This document shows positions 46,101-61,100 of a stretch of 64,000 nt of DNA, in pieces. The position numbers were made by a program, and so were the translations under genes. The notes beneath the pieces are model-generated. The model saw nothing but the letters and a program-made list of their open reading frames with translations. It made no database searches and was not told where the DNA came from. Positions within the stretch are counted from its first letter, which is position 1. Each line of letters starts with the position of its first letter. This DNA comes from Lama guanicoe (Eukaryota): the NCBI GenBank assembly GCA_013239625.1, contig MU053431.1:1452485-1516484 (forward strand), written 5' to 3'.

Positions 46101-49100
46101 CAGGTTCTCAGTGGGGCCACAAGCCCAGGGCACACAGGAGCCGAGCAGACCCTCCATGGGGGACGGGGCTCAGGTGACAGGGGGTAAGAAGAGTGACACG
46201 CAGCGTAGGCAACTTCTGACCTCAGAGACAAATACTTTCTTAAGACACAAAAGCACTAACTGTAAATGAAAATCCTGTGAATTTGAGCAGGTTAAGAATA
46301 AGAGCTTCTGTTCATCACGAGACACCTCAGTGAAAGGCTGAGGGGCTACGGGCCAGAAAACAGTGGCTACGTTCAGATCAGGACCAACACAGAGCGCCCC
46401 TGAAAGACAATAGGTCACAGACCCCACGAGCAGCTTGCAGAGGACCACGTGCCCATCAGGGAGCAGGGATCCGCAAGCGGCCCGGCATGCAGCCCAGGGA
46501 ACCAGAAAGCAGGCGTGGCGGGGGGCGTCCCAAAGCACCCTGCTCCCAGGCTGCATCTTCTGCCATGGAGAGCAGGCACAGACGGCATTCTCCGCCGGGA
46601 TCCAGGAGGGACCCGGCTGCCCAGGCCAGCCCCGCTCACCTCCACCAGCTGCAGCTCCCCTCGGTGAACGTGGCCCGGCACTGGGTACGCTGGCTCCAGG
46701 AACGTGATGCTCATCTGGTTGCCCTAGGGGGCACGTGGGCGGATGAGGGCTGGGAACCGGGCTGCCCACTGTCCTGGCTCGGCCGTGCCCGCCACCCACC
46801 CTGCCTAGACCACCCTGGCAGCCACCTTCAGCACCACGTCTGGACGGCTTTCCATGGGGATGAACACGTCTCCCCGCTGGGTCTCTGAGTGCAGTTCGTA
46901 ACGGAGGGTCCCACCATAGGACGACACCTGGAAGCCAGGCAGAGGGATGTGACCTGGCCAGACCCCGACCATGGGGCTGGGCGCTGGGCACCCTCCCGAG
47001 GCCCCGCCCCTCCGTGGACGCCGGCATCCTCACTGCTGTCTCCCCCTCAGGCCTCCAGGAGGCGCTCTCCCAGGGGCGACCGGCCTGCTCACCCGGTCTC
47101 CCAGGTAGGAGGGCGGGGCCTGCCAGTACAGCTCGGGGAAGGCCTCGGGCACACGCCGCAGGTCCGCGCGAAGCAGCATGGCCTCCACCTGCCGTTCGTG
47201 GGGCACCTCCTGCCGGTCACCGCTCAGCAGCGTCCAGCCCTCCATGTCCACGAACTGTGGGCACAGGGTGGGTCACGCAGGTGGACACCCTCACGTGTCG
47301 CAGGGCCCTGTCCTAAGTCCCTGCTGGCTGGGGGCTGACAAGTCCCCTCCCCGAGACAGCACCACCCTTGGTCCCAGCCCGTCCTGCCTGCACACCTCCC
47401 GACGGGCGTAGGCCGAGCTCCGGCAGCGATCCGTGGCCCCGAAGCAGAAGCAGCGGGTGCAGCCTTTGGGGTTGGCGGCTTCCAGGGAGAACGTCCCAAG
47501 GCGGCACTGGTCACACCTTGGGCCCTGCACGTTCTCCTGGGGGCGGGAGGGTGGGGCAGGGCGGTCAGCTGTGTGCCAGGCCACCTGGCCCGAGCTGGCT
47601 CACGGTCACCCCACAGAAGGCCTGACTGTCCTGAAAGATGCCAAGAAGCTCCACCCCGAGAGGACGAGAGGCAGGACAGGGGTGGCAGGCCTGGCCCCGC
47701 TGGCCGCCCTCACCTTGCAGTAGCACTGGCCCGTGAGGGGGTCGCACGTGCCGGGCGTGGAACCTGCTTCGTGGCAGTCACAGGGGTGGCAGCTGGGGTA
47801 GCCGTGGAACCCAGGAGCACAAGTGTCACAGCGGCGTCCTGCCACGTTGGGTCTGCACCTGTCAGGAGGGTTCAGGAGCTGGCTGGGCCTCCCCTCCCCC
47901 CGGCCCCTCACTGAAGGGAGAGACCACAGGTGCCCCCACCACAGTGGCACTGCCCCCCAAGAACTGAAGGAGGCGGCACCGCTGAAGCCGGGAGTGCTGA
48001 CGGGGGAGCATGCGGTCAGGGCTTGCCGGCAGGCAGAAACGCATCCTGGCCAAGACTGCCCTGAGGCCACGGTGCCCTCCGACGCCAGCTCTCACCTGCA
48101 CTGGCCGCTGTCCACGTCACAGGTGGGGTCCGTGAGCTCCTGGACGCCGGGCCCCGAGCAGTTACACTCCTCACAGCCGACCAGGGGGTGGCAGCCGAAG
48201 GTCTGGGGCTGGCAGACGATGCAGTCGGGTGGGACGGTGCGGGGTGGGCAGATGCACTGGCCCGTGAGCTCATCACAGAGGCGGCCACCGCAGTCACAGG
48301 CTGTGGGCGCGTGCACAGCCCCAGTCAGGGGCCAGGACTGCAGGCACACCCACCCACCCCAGCCGGGTTCCACCCAGCTCCGGGCCCCAGCCCAGGCAGC
48401 CCCTCTGACGTGGGGTCAGCTGGTCAGAACGGTCTAGCCCCTGGAAACTTCTGGATGACCCTGCAAGGCCTGGGGCCTCCCAGGTTGGAGGCGGAAGGGC
48501 TGGTCCTCCGGGCTCCAGAATATTCCCCCGCCCACTCTTTCCTGGAGGGCCCCCTTCATCAGGAAGCCCACTTGGGGTCCGGTGCCTCCCACCCCCGCCC
48601 CAGCACTGGTGGCTCTGGGACGGAGCTACTCACGCCTGCAGCTGGGGAAGCCCCAGTAGCCGGTGGCGCAGCGGGAGCAGTCGCGGCCAATGACATGGGC
48701 GCGGCAGGGACACTGGCCCCCGAAGGCCTCGCATGTGGAGCCCGTGGCGCCCACTTCGTGGCAGCTGCACGGCCGAGCCCCGTTGTTGTAGAAGAGAGAG
48801 AGGGAGGCGGCGGCGTGGCGGCAGAAAGGGGGCGAGCTGTCGGGGCTGCAGCGAGCGGCGGGTGGTGAGGCCCGCTCCCGGCTTGGACCCCGCAGTCCAG
48901 ACCCCCATCCCCGCCCGGCCCCAGGCCTGGCCCACCTGACGTGGTAACCATGGGCGGCGCACTGGCTGATGAACTCGTAGGATTTGTCCAGGGGCTCCTC
49001 CTGGAGGTAGCTGGGGCTGTAGGCGTCCTCAGGGACCACCAGCACGTAATCCTATGGCATCAAGGCCTGGTCACTCTACCCTGGCCGGGGCAAATCAGCA

Positions 49101-52100
49101 GGGCTCCTCTGCAACCAGCCAGGCTCTGGCTGGGCAGCTGAGACAGTGATGGAGGCAAGCCTGGTCTCGAGTCCCAGCAAGGCTGGCAGGTACCAGGTCC
49201 CTGCCTGGGTCGCTCATGGGGGAGGCCACCCTCTACGGCCAGCTGAAAGCTTGGGGAGTGAGGTGGCAGCTCTGATGGAGAGCCCCACCCCTATCCTTTT
49301 CTGCTGGATGCCTGCCTCCATCCTCCAGGCAGGCCACTCTGACCAGCAGGGCCCAGGGGGCTGGTGGGCAACACCTTGGTTCTTAGAGCCCTCAGGAGCC
49401 CCCCATAATGGGTCTGAGGTGCCCAAAGGCTGCTTCCCCCAGCACCTGGCACAGGGCGGGGCTACAGCAAGCAGGGGGCACACTCCGGCTGAGTGACCCA
49501 CGGTGGCTTGACCAGTGGAGGACAGCTGGTCCCTGAGCAGGCTCAGGACGTCCACACACAGACACCAGCCTCAAGACTCACCAGCCAGAGCCACCGGCCC
49601 TCAGGCACGCGCACGGTCACTGTGAGCTCGCTGTCGGTCACGTCCAAGACGGCCCGGCCCTCACACACCACCAAGGTGCGGCAGCCGTAGCCGTGTGGGC
49701 AGAAGCTGGCGTTGGCGTGGCCTGGAGGAGGAAAAGTGGGTCAGTACCCCAAGCACACAGACTGCCCCAGGCCCATGGTCTCATGGCCTCACCCAGGGCC
49801 CTCCTGGAGTCACCAGAGAGGAGGGGGCCCACAGACAGCACCAGCCACCAAGGAGCGCGCACGCATGACACAGCATGGCTGTGTGACCGGCCTGTGGAGG
49901 CCCACGTGGCTGGGCCCGCTCACACTGTGTGAAACAGCCACGGTCAGGCACCAGGCTGAGGCGCAGGCCCCTGGGGTTGGTGGAGTGGGACAGGCAAACA
50001 GGTGGGGACACATGTCAGTGAGCCCTTGATCACCTGAGCCGGTGACGGCGTGAACTCGGAGTCACAGCACAGATGCGGAGCAGGGTCTGTGCAGGGGCCA
50101 GGGGGCCGGGGCTGCCCCTGCAGAGCGCCCGGGGGCACCTCACTTGAGAATGGAGAGCACGACAGGGCGTGCGGGCCTGTCACTCACACCAGGTGACGGG
50201 CACTGTGCTGTGGCCCCTGCGAGCCACGGAACCAGCCCACGTCGTGTGGTACCACACGCTGGGCCACGTGGCGAGACCCCCGGCAGGCTCCTCGCCTGGT
50301 GTCCTTCCCGCTACCACCCGCCACAGCCACTCACCCTGCCAGACGCGGCCCCCGTTGATGAGAACCTCCACGGCGAAGGCGGGGTGAGCCGGCTGGTAGC
50401 CGTGCAGCAGGAAGGCGTAGCGGCCCAGGGCGGGCACGTGGGTGGTGAAGACCACGGTGCCCTGTGGGGAGAGGCCCCGGTGAGTGGGCGGAGATGCGGG
50501 GACGTGGAGGGCGGGGGGCTGTGAGCCCCACCCAGCCCACACACTGTCCCTCCCGGCCGGGGCCTCACCTTGGGGTGGCGCAGCAGGGTGGGCTCCACAT
50601 CAGGGTCCACGGCAGTGGGGGGCCGAGGCTGGGGCCCGGATGGGGGCGCACCTGGCATGAGCTCCTGCGAGTGGGTCAGCGGGCGGCCAGGTGGCAAAGG
50701 CAGCACCTGGCAGTCCCTGAGCACGATGGGCCGCGGCGGCTTTGGGAAGCGGGAGGGCAGGCAGGCGGCACTGCGGGGGAGCACAGGGGTGAGTTCCCAG
50801 GTCCCGGCCAACGCCCACGGGCCATTTGGTCCCCTTCTGGCCCCACTACCTGCCGAGGCCGAAGGCACCGTGACTGCTGATGCAGTGGACGCGGGGCTCC
50901 ACAAACTCCGAGCTGAACGTCTCCACGGGCACCAGGGTGACACTGCGCTGCAGGTGGAGAAGCAGGCGTGGGTGCGGGGTCCATACACGCTCTCCGCACC
51001 AGGTCCCCAGCCCTGCTCTGCCCGCCTCTCCCAGCCCTCGCCCATGGGTGGTCTTGGGGCCTGGAGTGCTCCCCAGCTCTCCCTGCCACGTGCCCTGATG
51101 CTAGCTCTGCTCACAGGGACAGGGACTCGCACAGGAGGGCGCTCCATGAGCACGGGGTCCTGAGTGGGCATTCCTGCCCTGGGCAATCTACAACGGTGTC
51201 GGAACGAGTGTGACCAACAGCAGTGTGTCTAGAAAAACCCCACAGCAAAGACAGAGCTGCAGGACCAGGGCCACGCCATACCCATCTTTGACACAGTGTC
51301 GGCAACACCAAAGAACATGTGTGATTCCAGTTACAGAAAGTTCCAGAACAGGCAGGCTAGGCGGTGCTGTGAGTGTTGGGCAGTGGCTACCCGGGGTGGG
51401 GGCCTGAGCGGCAGGCGTGTGGGGTGGGCCCCTGTCCTTCCTGGCCTGGCACGGTGGCGACTCGCTGGGCTGTGCTCTGTGGGCACAGCTCCATGGAGAG
51501 TCTACAACGACCGAGCCTACGACCGCTGTGCTGCGCAGGAGGGCACAGCGGCAGGGGCGGCGGTGTCGGAAAATCAGGAGACAGCACGTGATGCGTTATT
51601 CAGCAACGGGGGAGAAACGCACTGACTCTGGAGGGTGGAACTAGGTGGGGCAGGGGTTTACTCCTTTTTGTTCGAGTCTCTTCAACGTTTGATGCTTGTA
51701 TGAAAATGTGTGAATATATTACTCTGCTAAAACTTTTAAAGGCCTGGGGAAACAAAACACAGTAAGATTGCATGATACTCTGGTAAGAACAAATGCCATT
51801 GTTTGTTACTCATCAAATAAACACCAATGCCTAGTTCTGGGCATCAAAACAGTGAAGATGATTGCACAGGCTTTTGTGGTTACAAAGCAGGTTTTCGGCA
51901 GAGGGTGAGTCCTGCGATTTAGTTTTCAACTCTGCGAGGCTTGACACAAGCAAGCTACCCGGCTGCTGGTGAACCCGGTTCAGGACCCATGCTGTGTGGA
52001 CCGCTTCCTAATCTGGGAGAGGCCTTGCTCACACGGCGTTACATTTTTGTGACTTACACCAAAAAGCATTAAAACTGCTCCTCCTTTCTGCTCTGCCGCC

Positions 52101-55100
52101 GGGGCATCGTGGTTCATCTCACGCAGCCGTGGGTATTACTTCTAAATAAACATTTCATACCCACAGGGGAAAAAGGCCCTGCAGGTGAGGGGTTCCCAGA
52201 AGAACTGGGCCGGGTGCGAGCTAACGGTGGGGCTGGGGTGGGTCCCTGGGCTCATCGCACTCCTCTCCTTTTGTGCATCTTTAAAATCTTTGGAAAGACC
52301 TAACCCGACCGCGGGGCTCAGGTGAAAGGGTGGGGGCCTCACCAGGAAGAAGCGAGCCTGCTCAGCCGTGAGCCGGACGCTAGCCTCCGTGTCCAGGTGG
52401 AAGACGGCCAGGTGGCGCTGGGCGTCCAGAGCAGTGCCCCGGCACAAGGTGCTGGGGGACAGGGCAGGGGCAGTCAGCCTGCCGGGCGGCCCTGGGGCCC
52501 CAAGCCCACCCGCCCAGCCCCCAGACCTCAATCCTCTCCCCACACACCTGTATGGGCAGGGGTGGAGGGTGAGCGCCCCCTGCTGGGGGTCCCGCTGGGG
52601 GCTGTGCACGGCCACGTCCACCTCCTGGCGGGCATCCTCGTTGGCGTACTCCACCACCAGGGCATAGCGGCCCGGCTGGGGCACTGCCACCTGAAGCTGG
52701 ATGTCCACCTAGTGGGGCAGGCAATGTGAGGTCCCCACCCCAGTCCCCCACCTGGAGAACAGGACACAGCCGGACAAGGCCCTTCCCACCCTCTGCCCCA
52801 CCAGGTCTCAGGGCCTGTGCACTGGCCACCCCTGCTGCCTGGGGCACCTGGCCTTCCAACCTCTGCTCAGTCTGAGCTCCTGTGCCCGCCTGCGGCCCAC
52901 TGGCCTCGTCACTAAATAATGCCCAGTGCCTGGAAGAATCAATGACCTGACAGTTCCTCACAATAAACTGGAGAGCTAGCCATCAATACCCCATTTTCAG
53001 ATGAGGCCCGAGGGTGCCGACTCCCAAGGTCTAAGCCGTGGAAGGCAGCAGGTGCCCTTGGAGCCGGCCGGCTGGCCTGGAGCCCGGGATCCACTGCCTG
53101 TGACTTGCCCACATCACGCTTGCCCTGCCCGTGTCCCATCACTACTACGTGGACCCCATCCTCCAGGCCAAGGGCACGACTCCCCCAGGTCTCAACTCTG
53201 CCCACCCTCGGGGGTCCTGGGGACACGCACATCACTGCCCCGGCAGGCGACCAGCAGTGGGTGTGAGGGGCTGAGCTGCTCCGTGGGGCAAGGCCGGGGT
53301 AGGCTGTTGTCATGGCGACACAGGGCCTCAGGCCCAGCGGCGGAAGGGAAGCCGTCCAGGGGCAGGTGGGTGTAGAGGAGGCAGCTGGGTGGGGACACAG
53401 AGTCTGTGGTCAGCACGGGGAGGGCGGTGAGAGCCCAGGGAGGGCTGGGCCCCCCGCCCCCGCCAGGCTAGCCCTCACTTCTCCCCGGAGCGCTGGGCAG
53501 CAGGCCGGAACGTGCAGGGCTCAGTCACCCGCAGCTGCAGGAGGGCCGCCTCGTAGTAGGCACTGGGCAGCAGGACCACATAGTCCTGGGGGGCAGGGCG
53601 GGAGGTCAGGTGCTGCCGCCCTCGCCCTGGCCCCTGCCCCGGCCCCAGCCCGCTCAGCCCCGCCTCACCAGGAGCACTCCTTCGGCTTCCAGGAACAGGG
53701 CCCAGTTGCCGGGGTTCAGCACGAAGGGCTCCCCGAGGCCCCTCCCGGGCACGGTGACGAAGGCAGGCTCTGTGCTGGGGGGGAAGGCCACGGGCTGGCT
53801 CTGCTCTGTGCCTGGGGGCAGAGACGGCCAGAGTCCTGGACAAGCGCACGGGCTGCACCTCCCCAGGGCCAGTGGACACCCGCATGTGGGAGTGAGGCAG
53901 GGGCTGGGGGGCTGGGAAGGGGGTGCTCCCCAACACCCTGCACTCACAGTTGGCACAGGCGGCAAACGTGCCCAGGTCCCGCACGGAGACCCTCCCGCTC
54001 ACACTTGTGGGCCCGCGGTTGACATATCGAAAGACGAGCCGGAAGAGATCAGGGGAGGTCACGTTCAGCCTGGCCACGATCCTGGGCTGGGGGGGCGGTG
54101 GGCATGGAGAATCAGGGTTGCCCCTCCCTGGCCATTCCCAGTCCAGTCCCCGGACCTCAGGGATCTACCCACGCATTCCGCCGGGCACACCAGGACCTCT
54201 GAGCCGGGCTCCAGGTCGGGGCAGCGCCGCACCCACCTGGATGGCAGCCATCTGTGCGTAGCCCCTCCAGCTGAAGTTCTCGAACTCAAGGGGGTTGAAA
54301 CCGAAGCGCACAGCGTGGCCCTCGGGCGTGGCCGCCTCCTCCAGCTCCAGGCGCAGGTGGTGCAGATCAGGGAGGAAGTGGTCCCGCACTGGCCTGGCCA
54401 CAGCAGGGGTGGTCAGGGCAACCGTCACCCAATCTGGGCAGGGTGGCCACTTTTCCTACACAGCTCACCAGCGTCCCCAGGGAGAAGCCCAGTGGACAAG
54501 CTCCCACCCCGGCCCCCCAGGCCAGCTGGGGTAGGGGCACCCACTCGCTGCAGGTGGGGCCCTGGGTGTTGGGGCGGCAGAGGCAGGCGCCTGTCCTCAG
54601 CTCACAGCCCTGTCCCAGGGCACCGCCAACGTCGCACCGGCAGCCTGCAGGGAGGGAGCATGGTCAGTGCAGCCCAGCCCCCAGCCCCGCAGGACTCTGC
54701 TCCATCCTCCCTCTGGGAACAGCAGCAGGGGCTGAGAAGACAACTTTTATCTCCCGCTCGGGGCTGTCTGGGGCTCGGGACATGGAGGCTCTGAGTCCAG
54801 GCGCGAGGGCACAGGGACTGATTAGCGATGCCTGCCCGGGACACGAGATGCAGGTTAGGACCGTGGCCAAAACCACCTCCTCTCTCCAGCGCCCAGTGCC
54901 TCAGCCTCCCCAGGACGTGGCCCAAGGACCAAGCAAGTGGGCACCTACCACGGCAGCCAAAGTAGTCGGCCTGGTCCAGCCCGAAGAAGCCATCCTTGCA
55001 GGCTGAGCAGGTCTGGCCGCAAACGTGGGGCTTGCAGAAGCACTGGCCGCTGCCCTGCGAGCCGAGGAGAGAAGGTGGGACCACGCAGAGGAGGGGCCTC

Positions 55101-58100
55101 ACACACAGCCCACGGCCCCCAGCGCCTTGGCCCCAGACTCACCGGCTGGCACTCCGCAGCTCCACCCAGCGTGCCCCTGGGGTCGCAGCTGCAGCCTGGG
55201 GGAGGGGCAGAGCAGGCCTGAGAGCGGGGGAGGAGCAGGAGGGCCGGGCCTGTCCCTACCCTGGACCATTGGGGCCAGTCCTCACTTCCCTGCCATGACA
55301 GGACCCCCCCCAGCACCCTGCCCCCTACTCAGGGAAGACTCACGGGTGCAGCCCTCGGGGTTGCCAGGACTTAGCCCCCAGAACCCGGGTTTACAGCGAT
55401 CGCAGCTTGGCCCCTCCACGTGAGCCCGGCACGTACAGGGGGCCTGCGCCTGGGAGAGGATGAGACTGAGCGTCAGGGTGGGTCCCTGCCCTCCTACCCA
55501 CAAACCCTCAGCCCTGGAGCCCTGCTCCATCTCTGGCATGGCCCAGGGGCAGGGACAGAGGACCAGCCAGGGGAACAAATGGGCCCTGAGGTTGCCATGG
55601 TGACCAAGGGACAGGGGAGGTGACAGTCTCTCTGGAAGTGACGGCCTCAGCTCCAGAGGGCTGACCAGGGCTCACCTCAGGAAGGACGTGGTCATCTGGG
55701 GCCAGGCCGGCAGGGTGGCAGGAACCAGCTGCAGAGAGATGTGCAGGCCATCGTCATTACTCAGTCACTGACTCTGATGGCCAAGGGCTTCCCCAGGCCT
55801 GGCCAGGACCCAAGGCTCCGTGGGAGCAGCACACCCGCCTCCCACACATGTGAACACGTGCATGTGAACAGCATGAAATCAGGTGTGGCTCTGCGTGCTG
55901 GTCCCCACCACAGAGCACACGGTTACAAACATGCAGTGAGCACAGAGCACGCAAACACCTGTGAATGAACAGGCACTGCGTGTGAGCGGCCAAGCGAGCG
56001 CACACACGCAGGTGAAGGCTCACGTCCACAGACCACGCGACGACGTGCATACACAGTACACCGACACGATCGTCGTGTGAATGCAGCGTGTCACCCAGGT
56101 GAACACAGGTGAGAGCACGCGGAGCACACACGCCGCCAGCCTCACCTTCGCAGGAGGGGAAGTTGTAGGCACCGGGCACACACACGTCACACCGCAGCCC
56201 CATCACTCGGGGTCGGCAGCTGCACTGCCCACTGCGGGGGTCACAGGCTGCGTGCAGAGAGCCTTCGGGGGAGCAGTGGCAGGCTGGGGAGGAGGGCAGG
56301 CGTGAGCACGTGGCGGGGACACGCTGCCCTCCCCCCTGCCGCAGGGCACTCACGGGCACAGTCAGGGAAGCCATGGAAGCCAGGGCTGCACTCCCGGCAG
56401 GCGGCCCCCGCGTAGCCAGGGCGGCAGCGGCACAGCCCGCCCGCGCTGCAGAGCTGGTCCAGGGACCCCCGGGGGTCGCAGGCGCAGGCTGCAAAGGATG
56501 TGAGGTCAGGCCCCAGAACACCGCGGGGGCCCCCAACCCACCCAGGCTCCCCCGCCTCTGCTCACCCTGGCAGTCAGGGTAGCCGTGGTGGCCGGGGCGG
56601 CAGTGATCACAGTGAGGGCCATCGAACTCAGGCCAACAAAGGCAGCGGCCAGACTCGTCACAGCCCTCGGGCAGGGTCCCTGCGGGGCTGCAGCCACACA
56701 CTGCGAGCCAAGAGGTGCACGGGGGGCGTCCCTAAGACATGCTGGCCGGGCCCCGGGCCCCATCCCCCTGCCCACCGGGAAGGCCTCGCTCACGCTGGCA
56801 GAGAGGAAAGTGGAAGTAGCCGGGGGCACAGCGGTCGCACGCGGCCCCCTCGAAGCCCGCCCGGCACGTGCACTGGCCCGAGTCGCGGTCACAGTTGCCG
56901 TCCGCCACTCCGGGGCTGGTGCACTGGCACGCTGTGGGGAGGGGCAGCCACGCTGGGTCAGGGAAGGGCCAGGGCCCCGGGATCCCCGGGGGACAGGGCG
57001 GGGACGAAGCTGGACTCACGCCGGCAGCCCGGGCCGTAGAACCCCGGGGCGCAGAGCTCGCAGTGGGCGCCCTGGAAGTTGGGCTTGCACACGCAGCGTC
57101 CCACCCGCGGGTCCTTCCGGCAGGCGTTGCCCTGGGTCCCGGCGGCGCTGCAGTCGCAGTCTGGGGGGGGAGGGGAACCTCAGAGGCCTCCCCGCTGGAA
57201 ACCCTCCCTTCTCCACAAACTCAGCTCCTTACACCTTTATACTGCACTCGTGCAAAACGGAAAAGGCAACGCAAATCTGACAAGGGGGTGCTGCTGTCTC
57301 GGGAAAACGGTGGCGGCGGCGAACTCAGGGCCGCCGTAGGCGCACACAAACTCGCGTCTGTGATGCAGATACCAGGTCGCCTGCAGGCGTTGCCACGGCC
57401 AGAGAAAACGACAACAAAACCGCCCAGGAGAGCAGAAAACTCTGCCCTTTAAAATTAACCCTGGGGATTAGGAGGAAGGAGGAAGGGCTGGCTAGCTGTC
57501 TTCACTCATGCACAAGTGCTGTTTGGTTTTGTTACCGACAGAAAAACAGGCTTAACGTTAGTCAGAACTGCGAGCACGCGCAGCCTCGGGCCAGATCAGA
57601 CATGGAAACTGAAGTCCCCGCCCTCCGAGGAGGAAACGGAAAGCGACTGAGTCGACCCAGCAGGAGTCAGGGAAGGAAAAGCTGAAGCACAAAGGGAGAA
57701 ACGACGCCATCAGGGCAGGGCAAGCCCACGGCAGCCACAGCCCCTCTGCCAGCGGAGATACACCCAAAGGTGCTGGCTGGACTCTCGAAGGAGAACCTGG
57801 GCCTGCACCTTGAAGAGCCAAGGACCCGGACAGGGGAAAAAGAGCTCTGAAAGGGAGGGTGGGGCCAGACACAGAGCAGGTGAGCGCCGAGGCCCAACAG
57901 CCAGGGAGCCCAAGGCACACACACCAAGGCAGACGAAGCGGGGGTCGCGTGCCGAGAAGGCGGACTTGCCCCCAGAGACAGAGCAAGCCCGAGCTCCACG
58001 AGCAGGATACAGCGGTCACGAGGCCCTGAGACTGAACCTGTTGAAACCGCGAGGGGAATCCGGCAAAACCACCATTACAGAGAGAAAGGCCGAGTTCACT

Positions 58101-61100
58101 GTTCCCAGGATGTGACAAACGTTCAGAACAGGGTGGATTTAAAAGGCACAGTAAACAGATGTGCTGTGGTAGATGTATGCACAGGAATCTGTCCCCGACA
58201 GAGAACACACGCCTAGAACAATCTAAAAGGGGTCATACTCCAGGTGAGAAAGAAAATCTCAAATTCCAAAGGCAAAAAGCAGAAATTACCAGGCTACCAA
58301 ATCTGACCACGATGCAGTAAAACAAGGGCTGAACCGTCAAAACACGGGCGGGAAAGGAACCCCAACCACCTGAAACGACAACTCGGGTCAAGAGGAAAAT
58401 GAAACCTGAAATGACGCACTGCCCAGAAAGGGACAGCAGTGAGGGCACAGGACGTCAACCCCACGGGCGACGCGCAGCAGAGTGGCACTCTGGCTGGTAA
58501 CTCTCCGTGCGGGAGTGGGGACTGTCCCGGTCACTGTGGGACACTTTCCAGCATCCCTGGCCCCCGCCCACCAGATGCCAGTGGTACCCTCCCCCCAGTT
58601 CTAACAACTGAAGAGGTCTCCAGACATTTTCCTGTGGATCAAAATCACTCTTGCTTTGAACATTTTGTGGATAATTAAGAGACAAAAAATAATAATTAAC
58701 TCAAGAAGCAATAAAAAGAGTAATAAATCAAAAGAAAGTAGAGAAAAACAAATACTGCTACAATCTCATTTAGTCTCTACAGCCTCACTGCTGTAGGATC
58801 TTAAAACACACACACACACACACACACACACTCCCCCCGAGTTCATGGGTACAAAAAACAGATTGGTAGTTGCCAGAGGTGGAGACTGGGGGCTGGGTGA
58901 AATGGATAAAGGGGGTCAAAAGGTACAAACTTCCAGGTATAAAACAATTAAGTCACAGCATGGTGACAACAGTTAATCGTAACGTATTGTATAACTGAAA
59001 GTTACTAAGAAAATAGATCTTAAAAGTTCTCGTGAGAAAAGAATGTAATTATGTGTGGCGACAGGTGTCCACCAGCCTTACTGTGGAGGTCACTTCACAA
59101 TATGTAAAAATACCAGCTCATCGTGTTTTTTGCCTGAAACTAACATAACGCTATACATCAACCACACCTCAGTGAAAGGAAACAGGAGTAATTTTAGTTC
59201 AAAATTTTCTATATTAGGAAGCAAAATCTCTCTCCCCAACTAAACAGAGAAAGAACCGCAGCAGACCTGATCAATATAACCTTAAGGAGCACTCTGAAAA
59301 CATCAATACACTCAAACTTCTGCTAGGTCTAACAAATGTACCAAAGAAGAGAAAGAAAGAAAAGAAAATCAGACAAAAGGAATGCAAGGGCATTTAAAAG
59401 TCACACACAGAATGCTGTGTGACTTTTTAACTGTGTAGCTTTAGGCCACACATTTTAAATCCAAGTGATATAAACAATTTGCTAAGAAAACACAAATAAC
59501 CAAAAGTAACTTCAGGTGAGGGCGGGAAGCTCACAGACTAATAACCACAGCGGCAATGAAGCCCCTCAGCTAAGATCTCCACCGCGAAGCACGCGTCGGG
59601 ACCAGGTTGTTCTATGGGAGGTTCTATCGACCTTGGAAGAAATGGGTCATTCCTGTGATTTTCAAACTGATCTGGAGCCTAACCAAGCAGAGGTCATCTC
59701 CCAAACATCTTACAGGATGAATTACAAAACCAGAACAAGACGGCACCAAAAAACCCCCAAAAAAGCTTTCACCCAGTCTCACGAATACAGGACACAAACA
59801 TGTACGTCCAACACTGGGTCCACATTAGGAAAAACGTTAGAAGGATTCATCGTAGAATTCAGATTAAAAGTGAAACCCTGCATCAGTGCGATGACCCGGT
59901 GCTCACCGAGGGCCAGCGCAGAAAGGAGGGATTTTCAGCGGTTTACACCAGGGATCGGCACACTGCAGTCCAGTGCTCCACGGCCTGGTTTATACATAAA
60001 GTTTTATTGACACACAGCCACACCCATTCATGTGCACATGGTCCACCGCTACTTCCGAGCTGCAACACACAACAGCAGGAGCTGGCTCTCAAAGTCGCCA
60101 GCACTGGCCCTGTTCAGAAAACGTTTGCCGATCCCTGGTTTACCTCATTGATGAGAAGCTAAACATTTAAATGTAAAAAGGAAAAAAACTGGAAAAAAAA
60201 AAAGAAAAACTGCTAAAGAACCAGACATATGGAAATAGTTGGGTTCGGCGACCATCATCAAAATGTGACTGAGTCAGAGACCAGGAAGAACGAGGTCAGC
60301 GGATTCAACTGAAGTTTAAAACACCTGCACGTGAAAAATGTTTAAAAAGGGCAAATTACCCGCTGGGAGGAGAGGCCAGGACTCGTGGGGAGCAGCTGAC
60401 CTAGTTCATATGCACAGAGCTCGTGACCAGGAACAGGTGAAGACAAGGGTGAGCGGCGACCTCGGGTGGGCGGCTCACACGTGAACGCAACCAAAGGCAT
60501 CCAGAAACACGAGTAAAGATTCGACCTTGCAAACGAGCCAAAGAAACGCAGCTAGAAACAATGAAACACCAGATGCCACCAGTTACAGGACACACCACTG
60601 CTTGGGCGATTGCGTTAGGAGAGCGGTTTGGCAACCTGCAGCCCAAAGTGTCCCCAGACGTGCAGGTCTAGTGACCCAGACCCTTCTTCCAGGAAAGCGT
60701 ACCCCAGAAACAGTTAAGGATTCCTGGAAAGCTTTAGCTGCAAGGATGTTTACCGCAGTGTTTTTTTTTAAATCTGGAAAGAACCTCAATTTCCAAGAAT
60801 CAGAAGTTGGTTAAATAAAAGCTACATCTGTCTGCGTAACGTGGACCCTAAAATGATGTGTTTACAGGACGTGTGGGTGGAAAACACAATTACACAGCAG
60901 CACACGGCAGTGTTTATGAAAACAGCACACGCACGACGGATGGAGGAGGGGCTGTTTGCAGGCAGTGCGACTCTGGTAACCCTTGTCTTCAGCTTTCTGC
61001 TTACATTTTGAAGATTTTTTAGCATAAATAGGTATTATTTGCACAAAAATAAAACACCCAAAGACAAGGTGAGCAAAATGGAACTGCTCCCTCTCCGCGG

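Noticed and set aside
45865-46876. Two RGD motifs in LAMA5 as a novelty
   Set aside because: These are known features of laminin alpha-5.
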